Source of the DNA: Dimorphilus gyrociliatus
Lineage: Eukaryota > Animalia > Annelida
Assembly (NCBI GenBank): GCA_904063045.1
Contig: CAJFCJ010000024.1
Location: 248,001 to 312,000 of the forward strand
Reading direction: 5' to 3'
Length of the DNA: 64,000 bases
The notes below the pieces were generated by a model that had not been told where the DNA came from, searched no databases, and was given only the letters and a program-made list of their open reading frames with translations. The position numbers and the translations under genes were made by a program. Shown here in pieces: positions 26,241 to 39,224 of the stretch (positions are counted from its first letter, which is position 1; every line of letters begins with the position of its first letter).

Positions 26241-26882
26241 TCAGTTTCTTAGATTTGATCTTTGATATTATATGTAAATACTTTTACGTTCTAGTGTTTA
26301 CCTTGGCCAGGTGGCCCTTCCTTTTTTTTTCCAACCAAAAATGAAAAAAATATTTCTACACTTCCTAGACACATTAAATTAACGATAGACGGCGCTGTCA
26401 CTTAGGCAAATTAAATTGAGAGATAAGCCTTTTCTCTTTCCGTTACGCAAATCTTGTCCCACTAATAACATTTACTTAATTATAGTAACAATCTTTAGAG
26501 AAAAGTTTTACACTACAGCCTGTTGCTAATTAGCGACTTAGCGACTAAATAGTCTTTCTCCATTTTTATCTATATATAAATAAGTACTGAACCATATTTA
26601 CAGTATCTCATAAAACAGGTCTATTGAGATAAAATTACGTTTATTAAGATAACTTTAATACTTAATAAGTTACTTACTTTATTCATAACATTTTACGTAT
26701 GTGCTAATTGTTAGTGGTTTGTTTTCAAACAGTATACTTCAATGTCAGCTAAATATATTACAAAGGCGTATTCATTGACTGAAAAATTTATCCAGCTTCG
26801 GCCTGCGCAATTCTTCAATGAAATCAATAGTTAATATGTATAGCATAATGATAAAGGCCTATTTTGAAGATTACGTTCAAAG

Positions 26883-26895
26883 CCGATAGATGGCG
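26883..26895 (+). promoter_or_regulatory. CTCF-like motif at a gene boundary
   Basis: CCGATAGATGGCG just past the stop codon of the upstream-lying gene (26905). Confidence 0.45.
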
Positions 26896-26904
26896 TAAAT
26901 TTAT

Positions 26905-28441
26905 TTAAAAAATAAACTGTTTAATATACTCTAGCATTTGCTCTTTTTGATCAGCTAGTTCCACATTATCTTTAAACGCAGACAAACAACACCCAATCCA
27001 TAATGATTTTCCGAGATCTTCTATCTTTTTATCATTTTCTTTTACACCTTCCTTTAAGCAGTAACCCTCAAGAACTGATTTAAATTTAAATCTGATTTGA
27101 TCTGTTAATGGTTTTAAAAAGCTAGGCACGTCAAATTCCATATGTTTGGAAACGATTGTCGGTCCATGAACAGCTAAAGGCTGCTGAACGCCATACGCTA
27201 AAGTATCAGCAATCTCGATATATTCAGTTACTATTAAAATAAAAGGCACAAATTAGACATTATTATCATTCTTATTTATATAAATATGTAGACAAACCTG
27301 GTATAGCAACGTGAGATCCTTCTTTGTCACCTATATTAACGTGAAAAGTCTTTTCTTCGACGTTTTTGACATTATCTAACAAATCCTCGGAAGTGAGCTT
27401 TAAGACAGGAAGTTCCTCCTCTTTCTCCTTCTCAGCATATGATGGTTCAGGTATAATAGCTTGAGGAAAAACCGGAGGCACATACGCAGGGACATGACCA
27501 GCCGCAGGAGCAATTTGAATAGGTACAACAGCCGGTATTGGATTAAATACTGGATGGTAGTTTGTCTGACTTTTTGGTTGACCATAAGGTATATAGGATT
27601 GACCTAAACCTTGTGAATCATGATGGCTTGGAGCTGAAAAATAGATATAGAAGTAAAAATTATAAAAACAATTAAATTTTAACTTCTAATTAATTCAAAA
27701 GTTTTGAAAAATAAATAAAGCCTACTGTTCATTCTATATCTTATTATGTAAATATTATTTCACTTAAGCCATTTCACTCTCATTTATTGTTTACCATTTA
27801 ATTCATTCTTAATTTGCATTCCATGTTGAACTTATTCTACCCCATGAAAATAAATAGATTTACTATTGCTTGTCTCCTATTGGTTACTTTTATATTCATT
27901 TGAAATGTTAGAATTGTCCATTGTTTTATTTATGCTTAACAGATTTTAAAATATTAATTAATCAATTATAATGTTTTCTTATGTTTAGTGCAATATCAGC
28001 AAGATTTACTGTAGAATAGTTGCATCTGCTGATCGATTACTCACCTGTGGCATAAAACATAGAAGGAGGTACTGGACAGAATATTGGTGGAAATGCTTGT
28101 CCTACATTTAGGTAGGGAGGAAGACGAACGGCTTCCTGTACTCCTTTAATCTTCAATTTTTCCAGTTTGTCCCTAGCTTCGAGTATCTTTTGCTGTGTTT
28201 GCTTCAAAGAGTGAGAAGGTCCAGTCGTAAATGCAGAACTTTTGGTGTTGTTTTCCATTTTTAACCTCTTGTTAGATGCACTGCTCTCGAAACCGCAAGA
28301 ATTAATAATTTGTATTACTTTACAGCTTAAATTTAAATTGAATAGATATATAGTTCCTCTATATTTCCGAAATTTTATTGATTTACCAGAGTGTCTATTT
28401 TCTCCTGCTAAATATGGATTGTAATTTAAATTTTTCTCCAC
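26905..28441 (-). CDS. Unknown protein with Pro-rich middle and helical C-terminal domain; start uncertain (possibly MENNTK at ~28255)
   Basis: ORFs 28037-28441, 27272-27481 (extends upstream) and 26905-27249 join through GT-AG introns; no recognisable family motif. Confidence 0.6.
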
Positions 28442-28758
28442 TGTCTTCGTTTAGACGCGGAATTACAACCAGTTTTTTCTCAGTTCTAGTTTGTAATCCA
28501 GGTAGCGCTGGTTAAAAATCAGTCGTCGAGTAAACGTAGCATTTCGTAACACCTAAAAGGTCTATAAAATACCAGGATTTCTTCAATCTTTTCTATCTAA
28601 GCTATATTAACGTAGATTCACGTCAAGTAGTTTAGCTTCTATAACAAGTGTCTATTTAGGTAACTTATCGAAATATTTTCGAGCAGATCTTTTAATTAGT
28701 ATTCATACAAATTTTCTTTATTTAAAAACAATTTAAACTTTTCTCTTTAAATAGCAGA

Positions 28759-29495
28759 ATGCCCGCAAAAGAAACCCCTCTCTTTGGTGGCTATATGAGC
28801 ACTATCCTACCACAAAATTTGACTGATGCAAGGTATACTACTACTTTAAAATGAGGGAACCATAATTTAATGTTTTATCTCGTACAATAAAGTAATATAA
28901 GGCAAATCCCTGATAACCAAGAAGTTTTTCTGAGTCAAAACGATCAAAGTTTCATAATTGAACTTATGGAATACGTTGACAAGAGTGACGAAGATGCTAT
29001 AAGGTATTCTATAGTAAAATATGTTAAAACTCGAATGAAAGAGTAAGCAAAATTTCTTATTCAGGACTCACTTTGAGGATTTAAGCGAAGCCAATGATGC
29101 AAATAATCCAGAAAATTCGAAAATTAATTCAATAGAGAAGATTGAAAATTCTAAGCATTCATTGAATGGGTAAATGATTTTATGAACTTGGGAACGGTTC
29201 CTATCTACATAATATTTTTCGTATCAGGTGCGAATCTGCTTACTACGTCTATGGCACTCAGATGGTATCAAAGTTTAAAGAACAAGCTAGAAATAGAGTC
29301 GATTTACATTTGGTTTTATTTCGTCTACCACAATACCTAACAGATATATTAGTAACCTTCAACAATCCAGTAATAGTCGATACTCAAAGTAGCAGTTTTG
29401 ATCAAGCAACTGCAGTTTCCACAGCACTGACAAAAGAAGATTTTGAAAAGATTACAACAAATTTAAAATTATTAGATCCTGCCCTTTTTGGATAA
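28759..29495 (+). CDS. RANGRF: Ran guanine nucleotide release factor (Mog1)
   Basis: Four exons: MPAKETPLFGGYMSTILPQNLTDAS|NIRQIPDNQEVF...SFIIELME...|HFEDLSEANDA...|GTQMVSKFKEQARNRVDLHLVLFRLPQYLTDILVTFNNP, matching Mog1 motifs. Confidence 0.88.
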
Positions 29496-30138
29496 TCAAT
29501 TGTATAAAAGAAGCAAATTAATAAATCCTACAAGTATAAAGTCATTTTATTCATTAGAAAAGCATTAATAGTCCATAAACAGTGCAAAATAGTAATAATA
29601 AAAGATATAAACATATACATAGAAACATACATTATAGCGTCTACAACTTTCTTAAATAATTCAACTTTCGTCCTTCTTTCATTAAAAATGAGAAACAAAA
29701 AGGAGACATTTTAGTTCTTGTGGAAAAATAATGAAAAACAATTAAAAGTGATATGATTTTGGTACTTCGGCGACTAAAACTTCTTTTATATTTAAAGAGT
29801 TTTAGTACATCATTGTAATTAAACAATTTTAATTCTAATCTAATTGCATATACAGTATAAATAATATATATACTCTCTTAGGAAAGATCAGCAAAATTCA
29901 AGTTATTTCTAACCAGATAGATACAATATTAATAATCGTATAAAAAATTATTTGTTTTTTTTTTAATTATTCCCTTGCTAAAGATTTATTTAGAGAGATT
30001 AACACTGAGAGTTAAGGTTTGACAAAAAATCCTTTTGCTTTGAAACTATGTCAGCTTATAAAATACAGTAAAAGGAGATAAGAAATATAAACATGCACAC
30101 ATAGATTTTCGCTTTTACTATGTTTTGTAACTACTTGC

Positions 30139-32716
30139 TTAAAGCTTTGTATCAGCTAACTTTTTATTCTCGAATGGTACAACCCACCCACTATCTTGAA
30201 CTCCGTTTGAAGAATTTGGATCAATTTCTCCCTCGGTTATTATTGTATCTGATACTGGATTTCCATATGATTTCGGTCGCGTTTGATAATCATTTGGAAC
30301 TGAGTGCATCTTTTTTGCGGAATAATAGCCTTTTTGTCTACACTTAATACAAACAAATGACACAATAATAGCCGTTAAACAGACTGTAACAAGAATAGCA
30401 ATTGTGAAGAACAATATTATATTCTTCTCCCAAAGACTCTTCTCTTTTATTTCAAGTAATAACTCAAGGGATACTTCCGGTCGAAGATCGTTCTACATAA
30501 AAAGTTATTTCTGTTAGTATTTGTTGGATAAGTTTAGGCGCGTTCTATAACTACGTCTATTTCCTGATATAGTGTTAGATTACTCTTAAGAAATATTATA
30601 TCCTATATCATAATGAAAAACTAACCAATGTCACACATTCGGAGACGTTTTTAGTCCAGTCCCTTAATCTATCATTTTTATCGAACTCTGCTCCTTTAAG
30701 GTAATCTAATATGTAGGTATAACAAAAATTATCATTTTTATATTTACCTGAGCAACTAATTTGCATAATTTTTTCATCTACGGTTGAATAGGCTTCCAAA
30801 CGTTTACAAGATTTACTTATGGACTTGGTAGTTTTGCATTCCTATAAATTTTAAAGTTTCGTATAAATACTTGATCTTTACACTTGAAACTTTTTCTTAA
30901 TTTTATAGAGAAAAAAGATTCACCTTTAAGCACGTTTTGTCTAATCGACATCGTAAGATGTCAAGAAAATTTGTACGCTCTTCTCGACTAATCGGACGAT
31001 GAAATTTCAAAGTAACAGCTAAATGGGGTTTCTTTGTTCTCTTTCTCTGCATTGATATAGTTAATTATTGATTTTAAATTGCCATTTTCTATCTTTACTC
31101 ACATAAATACAAACTGCCGAATCATTATACGGATTGTCACTCAAATTTGTTAAAACGTGAATAAAACTATCATTACATTTCTGAAACTTAACATCAGCCA
31201 AACGCCAACTTTTTAACATAGCTTGATAATTCGGAGAAGGGGAACCAATTGAATCTGAAGTTTCTGTTGCTCGCCGAACTATCACTTTTTCTTCATCACA
31301 GGTCTAGATATAAAGAATACAATTGGATAAAAATATGCAAATATCTATAAATAGTAATAATATTAACCCCTTCATCAATATTTTCTACGAATAATCTCTC
31401 ATTACTAGCAAAAGTAAATGTTTGTAGCTTGATTAAATCGACCCATTTATTGTTTTTCATAGGTAATACTTTAACTTTTATCAAACCTCCAGGACAATCT
31501 AAATTCAAAATGAATTAATTAAAAATATACTTGAAATATTTAAAACAAAAAAATAAGTTTTTCTTACCAAATATTTGAAAAGGAATGTTCATAGAAGTGG
31601 AACTAATTGTTGATTCAATCTTAGGCGTGTCTAATTAAAAAGTCAACAAATAAATAATAGAAAAAAATTCTATGTAAATGAATTATTGACGTAAAATCTA
31701 ATTTCTGACGGTATTCAATTACTGGGAAAAAGTTCGGTTACTGATAAGAACATGTTAAAACTATTCCCGCCTTTTTTAAATGTATAGTAATATATAGAAT
31801 GTACTGTACAAGTTCGGTATCAAAAAAGCGGATATCATCGTTTCAAAGTTGCATAATCGGTAGAAAATCCAAATACACAAATAAAGAAAAGTAAAGAGAA
31901 AAGATAAAACTTCATTCATTTTGCCGTTCTTCTTCTTTATCTCGGTAGTAAAAAAGTCACAATACACCTATACATTCAAATAAGGGTTTGAAAACCGTAA
32001 TAAATCAAGTATCGTAAGTTAACTAGTTAAGTAACTGCCTTATAGATATCTCTGTCAAAGGTTATTAGATTATCTTAGGATTTCAATAAAGATAGCTTTC
32101 TAATTAATAGATATGTTTCTTTCTTAATAAGAGAATTATAGTTAAACAATTTAGTTTTACTGTAAAATAATCTGCTTTATAAAAACCTTTGATGGCTTGC
32201 GTTTTTAGAGAGAAAAAAAGCAACTGTGCAAAAGATAATCGAACCTGTCGTCGCTTTTGTACTAGGTCTATTTGTTCGTGAAGTTTCGTCTACTTTTTCG
32301 ATAGTTACTTTGCTCGTAGTTGTAAATTCTTTTATAGGAGAGGGGGATTGAGAAGATGTAGAGGTGATAGGTGATATGGTTCTTTTATTGATATTGATAG
32401 TTTCAATCATATTGGTAGTACTTTCAATCAGATTGGTAGTAGTTTCAATCATATTTGTAGTAGTTTCAACCATATTGGTAGTAGTTTCAATCATATTGGT
32501 AGTTTCAATCATATTTGTAGTTTTAATCTTATTAGCTGTTTCAATGTTATTGGTAGTAGGTGAAGAAGGAAGTGATGTAGTTGTTAAATTACTAAGAGAA
32601 GAATTGGATTGAGTAGAGATGGAGTTTAGAGGATCATCGGTTATTGGGTAAGCTACCCCTAGTACAAATGCAAAAAGTATAAATACAGTATATTTAAAGT
32701 TTAAAAATAAAAGCAT
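30139..32716 (-). CDS. Type I membrane sialomucin: signal peptide, Thr-rich stalk, Cys-containing ectodomain, one TM helix, tail ending DTKL; CD34/podocalyxin-like
   Basis: Exons from 32716 (MLLFLNFKYTVFILFAFVLG, TTNMIET repeats) splice in frame via ~31620-31570, ~31500-31370, ~31305-31100, ~31050-30925 and ~30840-30625 into the TM and tail exon ending at 30139. Confidence 0.8.
32400..32560 (-). repeat. Coding tandem repeat (18-21 bp units) encoding TTNMIET
   Basis: About 6-7 degenerate copies of gtttcaatcatattggta(gta) on the + strand. Confidence 0.85.
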
Positions 32717-33164
32717 AGTTAATTAAGTTCTCACGTATGATTAAGATAAAGTTTAAGAAGAATAAAGTCCATTCCATCATCTTTGGCTGCTCTTCTCAGT
32801 CTGAACGGTAGTCGTGAAAACTGATTGGCCAATTACGTAATATAGTCAATACTATGCCTTATCTGACCGCCAACATTCGAGACTGACGGTCGCTCTCGGT
32901 TAAATTTATATGCAAAAACTACCGTAGCGACCAATATGGAGAGGAGAAAGAATTAGAGGAAAATGAGAGGGGGTCGAAAGAAACGGAAAAAATTTGTTTT
33001 TTTGTTTCATAACGCCCCCTATCTTTCCTCACCAAGCTCTGAAGATCTAATGCTTTTACGAGACGATAAATAGCGATAAAAAGGGGGGAGAAAAGGTCGA
33101 ACTCAGAAAATTTTGCCCTATTTGTGTCCCCCCCCCCTTTTTTTCTTTTCCTCTTTCTCCACAC

Positions 33165-33187
33165 CTCTCTCTCTCTCTCTCTCTCTC
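33165..33187. repeat. (CT)n microsatellite
   Basis: Perfect dinucleotide run. Confidence 0.85.
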
Positions 33188-34653
33188 GCTATTCTCTCTC
33201 TTTTTTTCTTTTCCTCTTTATATCCCTATGGCACATTTACCATCTAACTCTATTTATCGGGCTAATATTCATTGCTAAATTTATCATCCATCTCATTACA
33301 TAACTAAAAAAGTTATCTTATTAAAAAGTCTATTATCTCAAATAAACTAAACATATCTTCCAAAATTTGCATATTTATCAAGAATAAATGAAAACTTATG
33401 GGAATAATTACATTTTAATAAATTTTAACTGTATAAAGAATAATTAAGGAAAAACTTCCAGACTGAAATGAAACCTATGAAAAAGAGATGAAAAAGAAGA
33501 GAGAAATGTAAAATCTGTAAGCAACGCGTGCTTTTCATCAAATGCTTAGTAAAGGGTATTGGGTTGAGGTTATAAACAGGGCAATATAATATTTGGATAA
33601 ACTATCTTCATGGAGAATATATTAACAAGTACTACTTGTATCACATCAAAGATAATTTAGTATGCTGATATGCATATTGATATTTGGAAAAAAAAAAGTA
33701 ACTATAAAAAAGAAATGATATACATAAGAAAGAGAAAGAAAAAGAAAAAGAGAAAAATGTTTCTTTTCTTCCTTTCTAAAAATAATCAAACTCCAACTTG
33801 GTAATTTGTTTTTTTACTTACTGTCTTTATATGTAATTTGCTTCCACTTAGCTGTCTTCCGCTTATAAATATAGAATAAGAATACTTTTGAGTAGATGGA
33901 AAAATTAGTTTCACGGTTTAAAATTTTTCAGTTAAAAGGACCGGAAGTATCGGATATTTACACTACGACCTTTAATGTTTACAAGCAAAATTGACGACCG
34001 CTGGTTTTTGGCGTCCATTTCTAATCAAAGTACATAAACTGAACTTGGTATGGTAAATGTTTAACACCAAAGTTACATAATGTTGACTAAGATGTTTTTC
34101 AATTAGGATTTGAGTAAAAAAAAAGAGAGAGAAACGTTAAAATAATTAGAGAGAGATTACGCAGATATAAATGTTTGTTAATTGCTTGCTATTTTGTTCT
34201 AACTACTTATATAGGCTTATCAAATTTAATTTAATACCAAATTGTAAATTAAGCTTTTTTAAATGTTTGTTTTCGTTGTGTTATAAAGAGTTCAGTATGG
34301 GATAGTTTTTTGAACATGTTTGGGATAATATTTACGATTTCAAAAGGTTCATATCTTTATACGAAAATAAAGTCGAATAAATTATAACCCGAAATATTTA
34401 CACCATAACGGGATAAGGTCAGTTGGTCAATTTGTCAAATAGTTAAGCTGTAATCAAATCCGCTCTTGGGTAGGGGTATACATAAGGGAGAGAATAGAAT
34501 TAACAACAACGCCATCTGTCTTTGAGAGAAAATTTGGTTTTTAGAACATGTATAGAGAAAAACAACAATCAAATTACTTAATAAAACGCTTTGTTTCTTG
34601 TATCAAAATTGGAAAAATGAACAAATACATAAAAGTAATAATTTTAAACAGTT

Positions 34654-35591
34654 TTATAGCATTTTCTTGCTTTCATTCATCATTTGTTCGTCATATTCAT
34701 CGGCTGGAATTGGCTCGAGATCAACGAAGTGAGACAGATGAAATTTCGTTGCCTTAGGGAAATAAAAAACAGTGATAAGGTTTATTTTACTGGTAAACTA
34801 GTAAAAAAGAGAAAGAGAGAGGGAGAAAATAGCAGAGGCTTTGTTGAATTTTGCTTACTTGATATTTTACAAGCATCCTTATAGCTATAAAACCAGATAT
34901 AACTTCGAATAAAACAAATGCTACATATATAGCATTCATAGCTCTTTCCATTGGAACGATAATTATTGCATCATTAAACAGAAGAAAAAGAAAAAGTGGA
35001 ATAGTTAGCACCAGAGTTATCAACCAGAATCCAGCTAGTTCGGGAACCTTTAAGAACGTATAGGGTTAATGTTTAATAATTAGTCAAAGAAAACGTACTC
35101 TTTCTGAGAGGTTTCCACTAAAACCCAAGTATAGGCGAGTTATTTCAAGAGGAGTAAGAATTACAACTATTGATATGCTTATGATCTTGTACAATTGAGA
35201 TAATTCACTAAACTGAAGAAAATAAAAAGACTTTAATAAAGTTCAAACATTTAATTAAATAAACTTGGAATAGATAATATACCTTTAACTCAATCAAAAT
35301 AATTTCCGTGATAAGCCAAAGTGGAAAGAAAAATAAATTAAAATATATTGCCATCTGCAGGGGCAGATTTGACATATATTGTCCTGAAAAAGAAATTTAC
35401 GAAATTAGGAATATAACGAAATTTTCCAACATTCCATTTTGACAGTATTAAAATATTATTAAATTATTGGAAAAAAATTAAAACTATTAACCGCCACTGA
35501 GAATCTCTCGATCAGGCTTTTGCTGAATTTCTTTAGCTTCAGGAAATATAACATTTGTAACTGTTGATACTACTCTCTTTACCGCCGCCAT
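34654..35591 (-). CDS. TMEM17: Ciliary transition-zone membrane protein TMEM17
   Basis: SNLPLQMAIYFNLFFFPLW...EITRLYLGFSGNLSEK|VPELAGFWLITL...PMERAM...|ATKFHL matches recalled TMEM17 motifs (LQM..YFN, RLYLG..GNL.EKVPELAGFW); five exons. Confidence 0.88.
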
Positions 35592-35879
35592 ACCAACAGG
35601 GATCACGTGCGGTGTCACATGATCTGCTTGACTAAGTTAATGGCGGGTGAAAAATCACTTTCGAAAGGCTGAACTTGCTTAAATTAAACCTGCAGATTTG
35701 ATAGGATCACTTACCGATATCATCTCTGAGAGTTATTTTACAAGTTACAGAAAAATTGTTAAGTCTTTGGAAAAGAACACTGCATTTTGTTCGTTTCTTT
35801 AGTAAGTCATTTTTTATACACAAAGTTTACTTGTTTTGTCTTTAATGGCGGTGATATTATCTTATTAGCTTTGCTAAAA

Positions 35880-37334
35880 ATGGAAAATAAAGAGCGGAGA
35901 CCATCTCGAGAAAGTTTAGCTATAATATCTGGAGTGAATCGTCAATCAAATAATCGTCTAAGTTATTTGAATCAGACATTATTAAATTTTAATCCAGATG
36001 CCAATTCGACCATTTTGAATCAGCCATGCTTAGACAATGACGAAAACATGAAGAAAGATAAGAAAAGAGGTAGATCTAGAGTATCTTTTTGTCCAAATCC
36101 TATGGTCAAAATAGTTGAAACGACGGGAAGTTTAGAAGACAAAATGGACATTGAATCTTACTCAAAAAGTCGTTTAGAAGCTACAACAAAACCGGTCATG
36201 ACTGATAAGACAAACTTAAGTGTGATGTCAATGAGTTCCGATGTTGTTCCCGAATTGAGTACATGCACGTTTACCCAAGATAGTATGGACATTAGCTCAT
36301 TTAGTGAGAAAACTATCGAGTCTAATCAGTTTCTCGAGATGATGAGAAAGAATAGCGACGCTGGATCATGTTTGTTAAGCCCCAATAAAACGAAATATAC
36401 AAGAATGTCAATGGAATTAACTAGAACATCAGAAGAAAAACTAGAAAAAACATCAATTTTGGAAATTAAGAAAAGTAATCACTTTTTAAAAGAAATTGAC
36501 CGTATGGAAAAAACTGTAGGAACTCAAAAGATGATATATGAAGCAATGAGTAAGAATATGAATAATGAGCAAAAACTAGATTTCATCTTGTTTTTTCCCA
36601 AACAGTTTGTCGTTTATTTGTTAACGTACTGATAAAGTCAGCAATTACTAAAGGAGACTTAGGTAAATAAACGGAAATATTATGATCATATATATTATTA
36701 TAATTTCTTTTATACTCATACAGAACTGATAGAATCTTATAAAATTGATAAAAGATTCATTTCTTCATTTTTAAAAGTTAAACTACTTGAAAATCCATTT
36801 TTGATACTAGAATCAATAGAATGCGACGAACCTTACATATTTTGCATGAAATTATTAAATTCAACAATTGGATTGTTTATTAAATTAGATAAAAGTCCGG
36901 CAGATGAGGAAAATCTTCAATCGTGGAATTTCAGCAAACTACTCAAATGTAGTAGACATTTTTGTGACTTTGTAGGCGGGAAAAAAATTGAAAAAATTAA
37001 ATTATGGCATTCGAATCCAGGTAAAAACAAATAAATATAACATTTCTATATTCATTATTAATTACAAATTATTTTTCAGATCTAATAAAAGACACTCGTG
37101 AAAAATCAAACTTTATGGCTATAGTCAAGAAATGCTATAGCATAGCCGAAAATCCACCAATTAAACAGGCTTATGATTTACCTAAAGTATATATATATAT
37201 ATATATATTTATGCAAATTAATCACTTCAAATTCATTTTCTGTCTTCGAATATTTCTAAAATATTGACATTTTCCCTGCACAGATGATAATAGAGCTAAG
37301 TACAGTCGTTGAACAAGGTAAAAGATTCAAATAA
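35880..37334 (+). CDS. Probable kinetochore scaffold KNL1/Spc105-like protein (short, ~400 aa)
   Basis: RSRVSF PP1-docking motif near the N-terminus, one MELT (RMSMELTRT) and MELT-like MDIES/MDISS, followed by a folded C-terminal region over four more exons. Confidence 0.5.
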
Positions 37335-37773
37335 GAATTTGTTATGGAAATGTCTTTTTTAATAACAAAAAATCAAGAAAAAAATTGCAAAAACAAGAAA
37401 CTTCAATAGGGAAAACTAATAAGAAAAATTGTTATTATGGTTTCTTCTATTTTTTTATATTTTCACTTGTAAAAAACATTATCTTTTTTTTACTTTGAAA
37501 GAGAAAATGGAAAATTTATCAACTATAGATAAAAATCATTCTATGCAAATTAAGAAGAAAACGGACTAATTCTATTCAAAATTTCAATTTGTTTTATATT
37601 TTTACACGATTAAATCTTTCTTATTCATTAATCATCAAATTTTTATTACTATTCAGTATCAACAATTTATAATAGTTTCTTTTTTTTAAGAAAAAATAAA
37701 TTGATGACTATTTTTAAAAATAAAAGATAATCAATTGATGAAAATAGTGTTCAATAAGTTGCTTCTAGCATGT

Positions 37774-39224
37774 TTACGGTTCACTGTTCAGATCGTGAAG
37801 ATAGCTGAAAGTTTTCATTTCTTTGCTATTAACGTTCCCTATTTCGATGGGTATTTTCAAAACTACATCTTTATGTAGTTTAGCTCTCTTAGCAGTCACA
37901 TAAAGATTATATTTAACTTTTAGCAAAGAACATGCCAAATCCGATGTAGGTAAAAGATGTTCGTCGATTTCTGTATTAGAGAAAACCATTCGTAGTGTCC
38001 AATCGAAAACCGGCGATTCTCCTGAACTTATCGGACCAGAAGTTAATCGATCAGAGCAATGTTTAAAAGATTTTGTACACGAGAATTTGGACGCTCCCGT
38101 ATTATATTTTCCACTTAATACAAGCATTGCTTCAATACATTCAATAGGCCCACTACTTCGATTGTCAACTTCCACATTCAAAGGAATATCTTCGCCAATC
38201 ACATATCCTGATTTTGGAAGTTTAACTACCAACTGAATGAATCCGTCATTGAAAAGTCCAGTTTGTTGATATTTTTTATCCAATACAGGATTAAGGTTTT
38301 CCAGGTTAGCAGCAACGTCAGATTCCTTTTCAATCCATACTCCGAAGCATGATATCATGCTTCCTCGACTGAATAGATTTCCTTTGTCCATTGTAGCTTT
38401 AATTCTACAACCAGCATAGCCATAATTAACTTTACACGGGTTTAAGCAAGGAACTGAAGAAAATGTGCCATCCAAGGGAATATGAAATTCGAAAGGCCAT
38501 TCGTATTCTCCAGGTCTAAAAGAATCACCAGCCGAAGGATTCTTTGACTTAATATCCGAAAAGTTACCCCCTTTGTTCCACAAGACCATCTTACTATCAA
38601 CATACTTATCTTCAGCTACAGAGTCATAGTATCCTCTGCCAGTGTGTATTCTATAACGAGTGAATGCTCCCCCAGTGAATGCAACATTGATATTTTCCAA
38701 ATCGAATGGTTTAGTTGTTTTTAAGCGCAGTTTACCTCTAACAGTCTCACCTGGATAATAAACTGGTAGAACGCAGTAAGGAATATCACTCTGATCGTCA
38801 CTTCCAGTGTTTGTTAATTCTTGGAAAAATGACTTTTTCATCAAACCATATTCTTTTTCGTCATCAGCATCTTCGTTAGACTCTACATCACCTTTAGGTC
38901 CTTTTTTCTCAAGCCATCTTCCATGATTAATGAAATGATACATTAAACTTATTTGTGCGACTTCTTTAGAATTTTTCTCTCTAATGTTTGAATATCCTTC
39001 GAATTTCCATTTTCCGTTCTCTTTGCGAACCTTCTTTTGCTAAGTTAGGTAGAAAATAACGATAAAAAATTATTGTTTACGCTGAAAAGGTAGAGTAAAT
39101 ATTATACCAAGAGATAATCATAGAGAACAGTTCGGTCACTTAAATCCACATCTATATAGTAGTAGTCGATACCATCAATACTTTCCTCCTTTTTATCAGT
39201 TGGTAAAGCAAAATTATTTCCCAT
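37774..39224 (-). CDS. Arrestin-domain (alpha-arrestin-like) protein, paralogue A
   Basis: VYYPGETVRGKL, PGEYEWPF, GYVIGEDIPLNVEVDNRS and V.L.IPI.IG arrestin-fold motifs. First exon MGNNFALPTD... (39224) splices in phase 0 into the large exon. Confidence 0.85.

Noticed and set aside
32400-32560. Regularly spaced short repeats as a CRISPR-like array
   Set aside because: Head-to-tail coding repeats with no unique spacers, in a eukaryotic exon.
32364-32612. Extremely hydrophobic 82-aa ORF (poly-V/I) resembling a membrane peptide
   Set aside because: It is the reverse complement of the TTNMIET mucin repeat.
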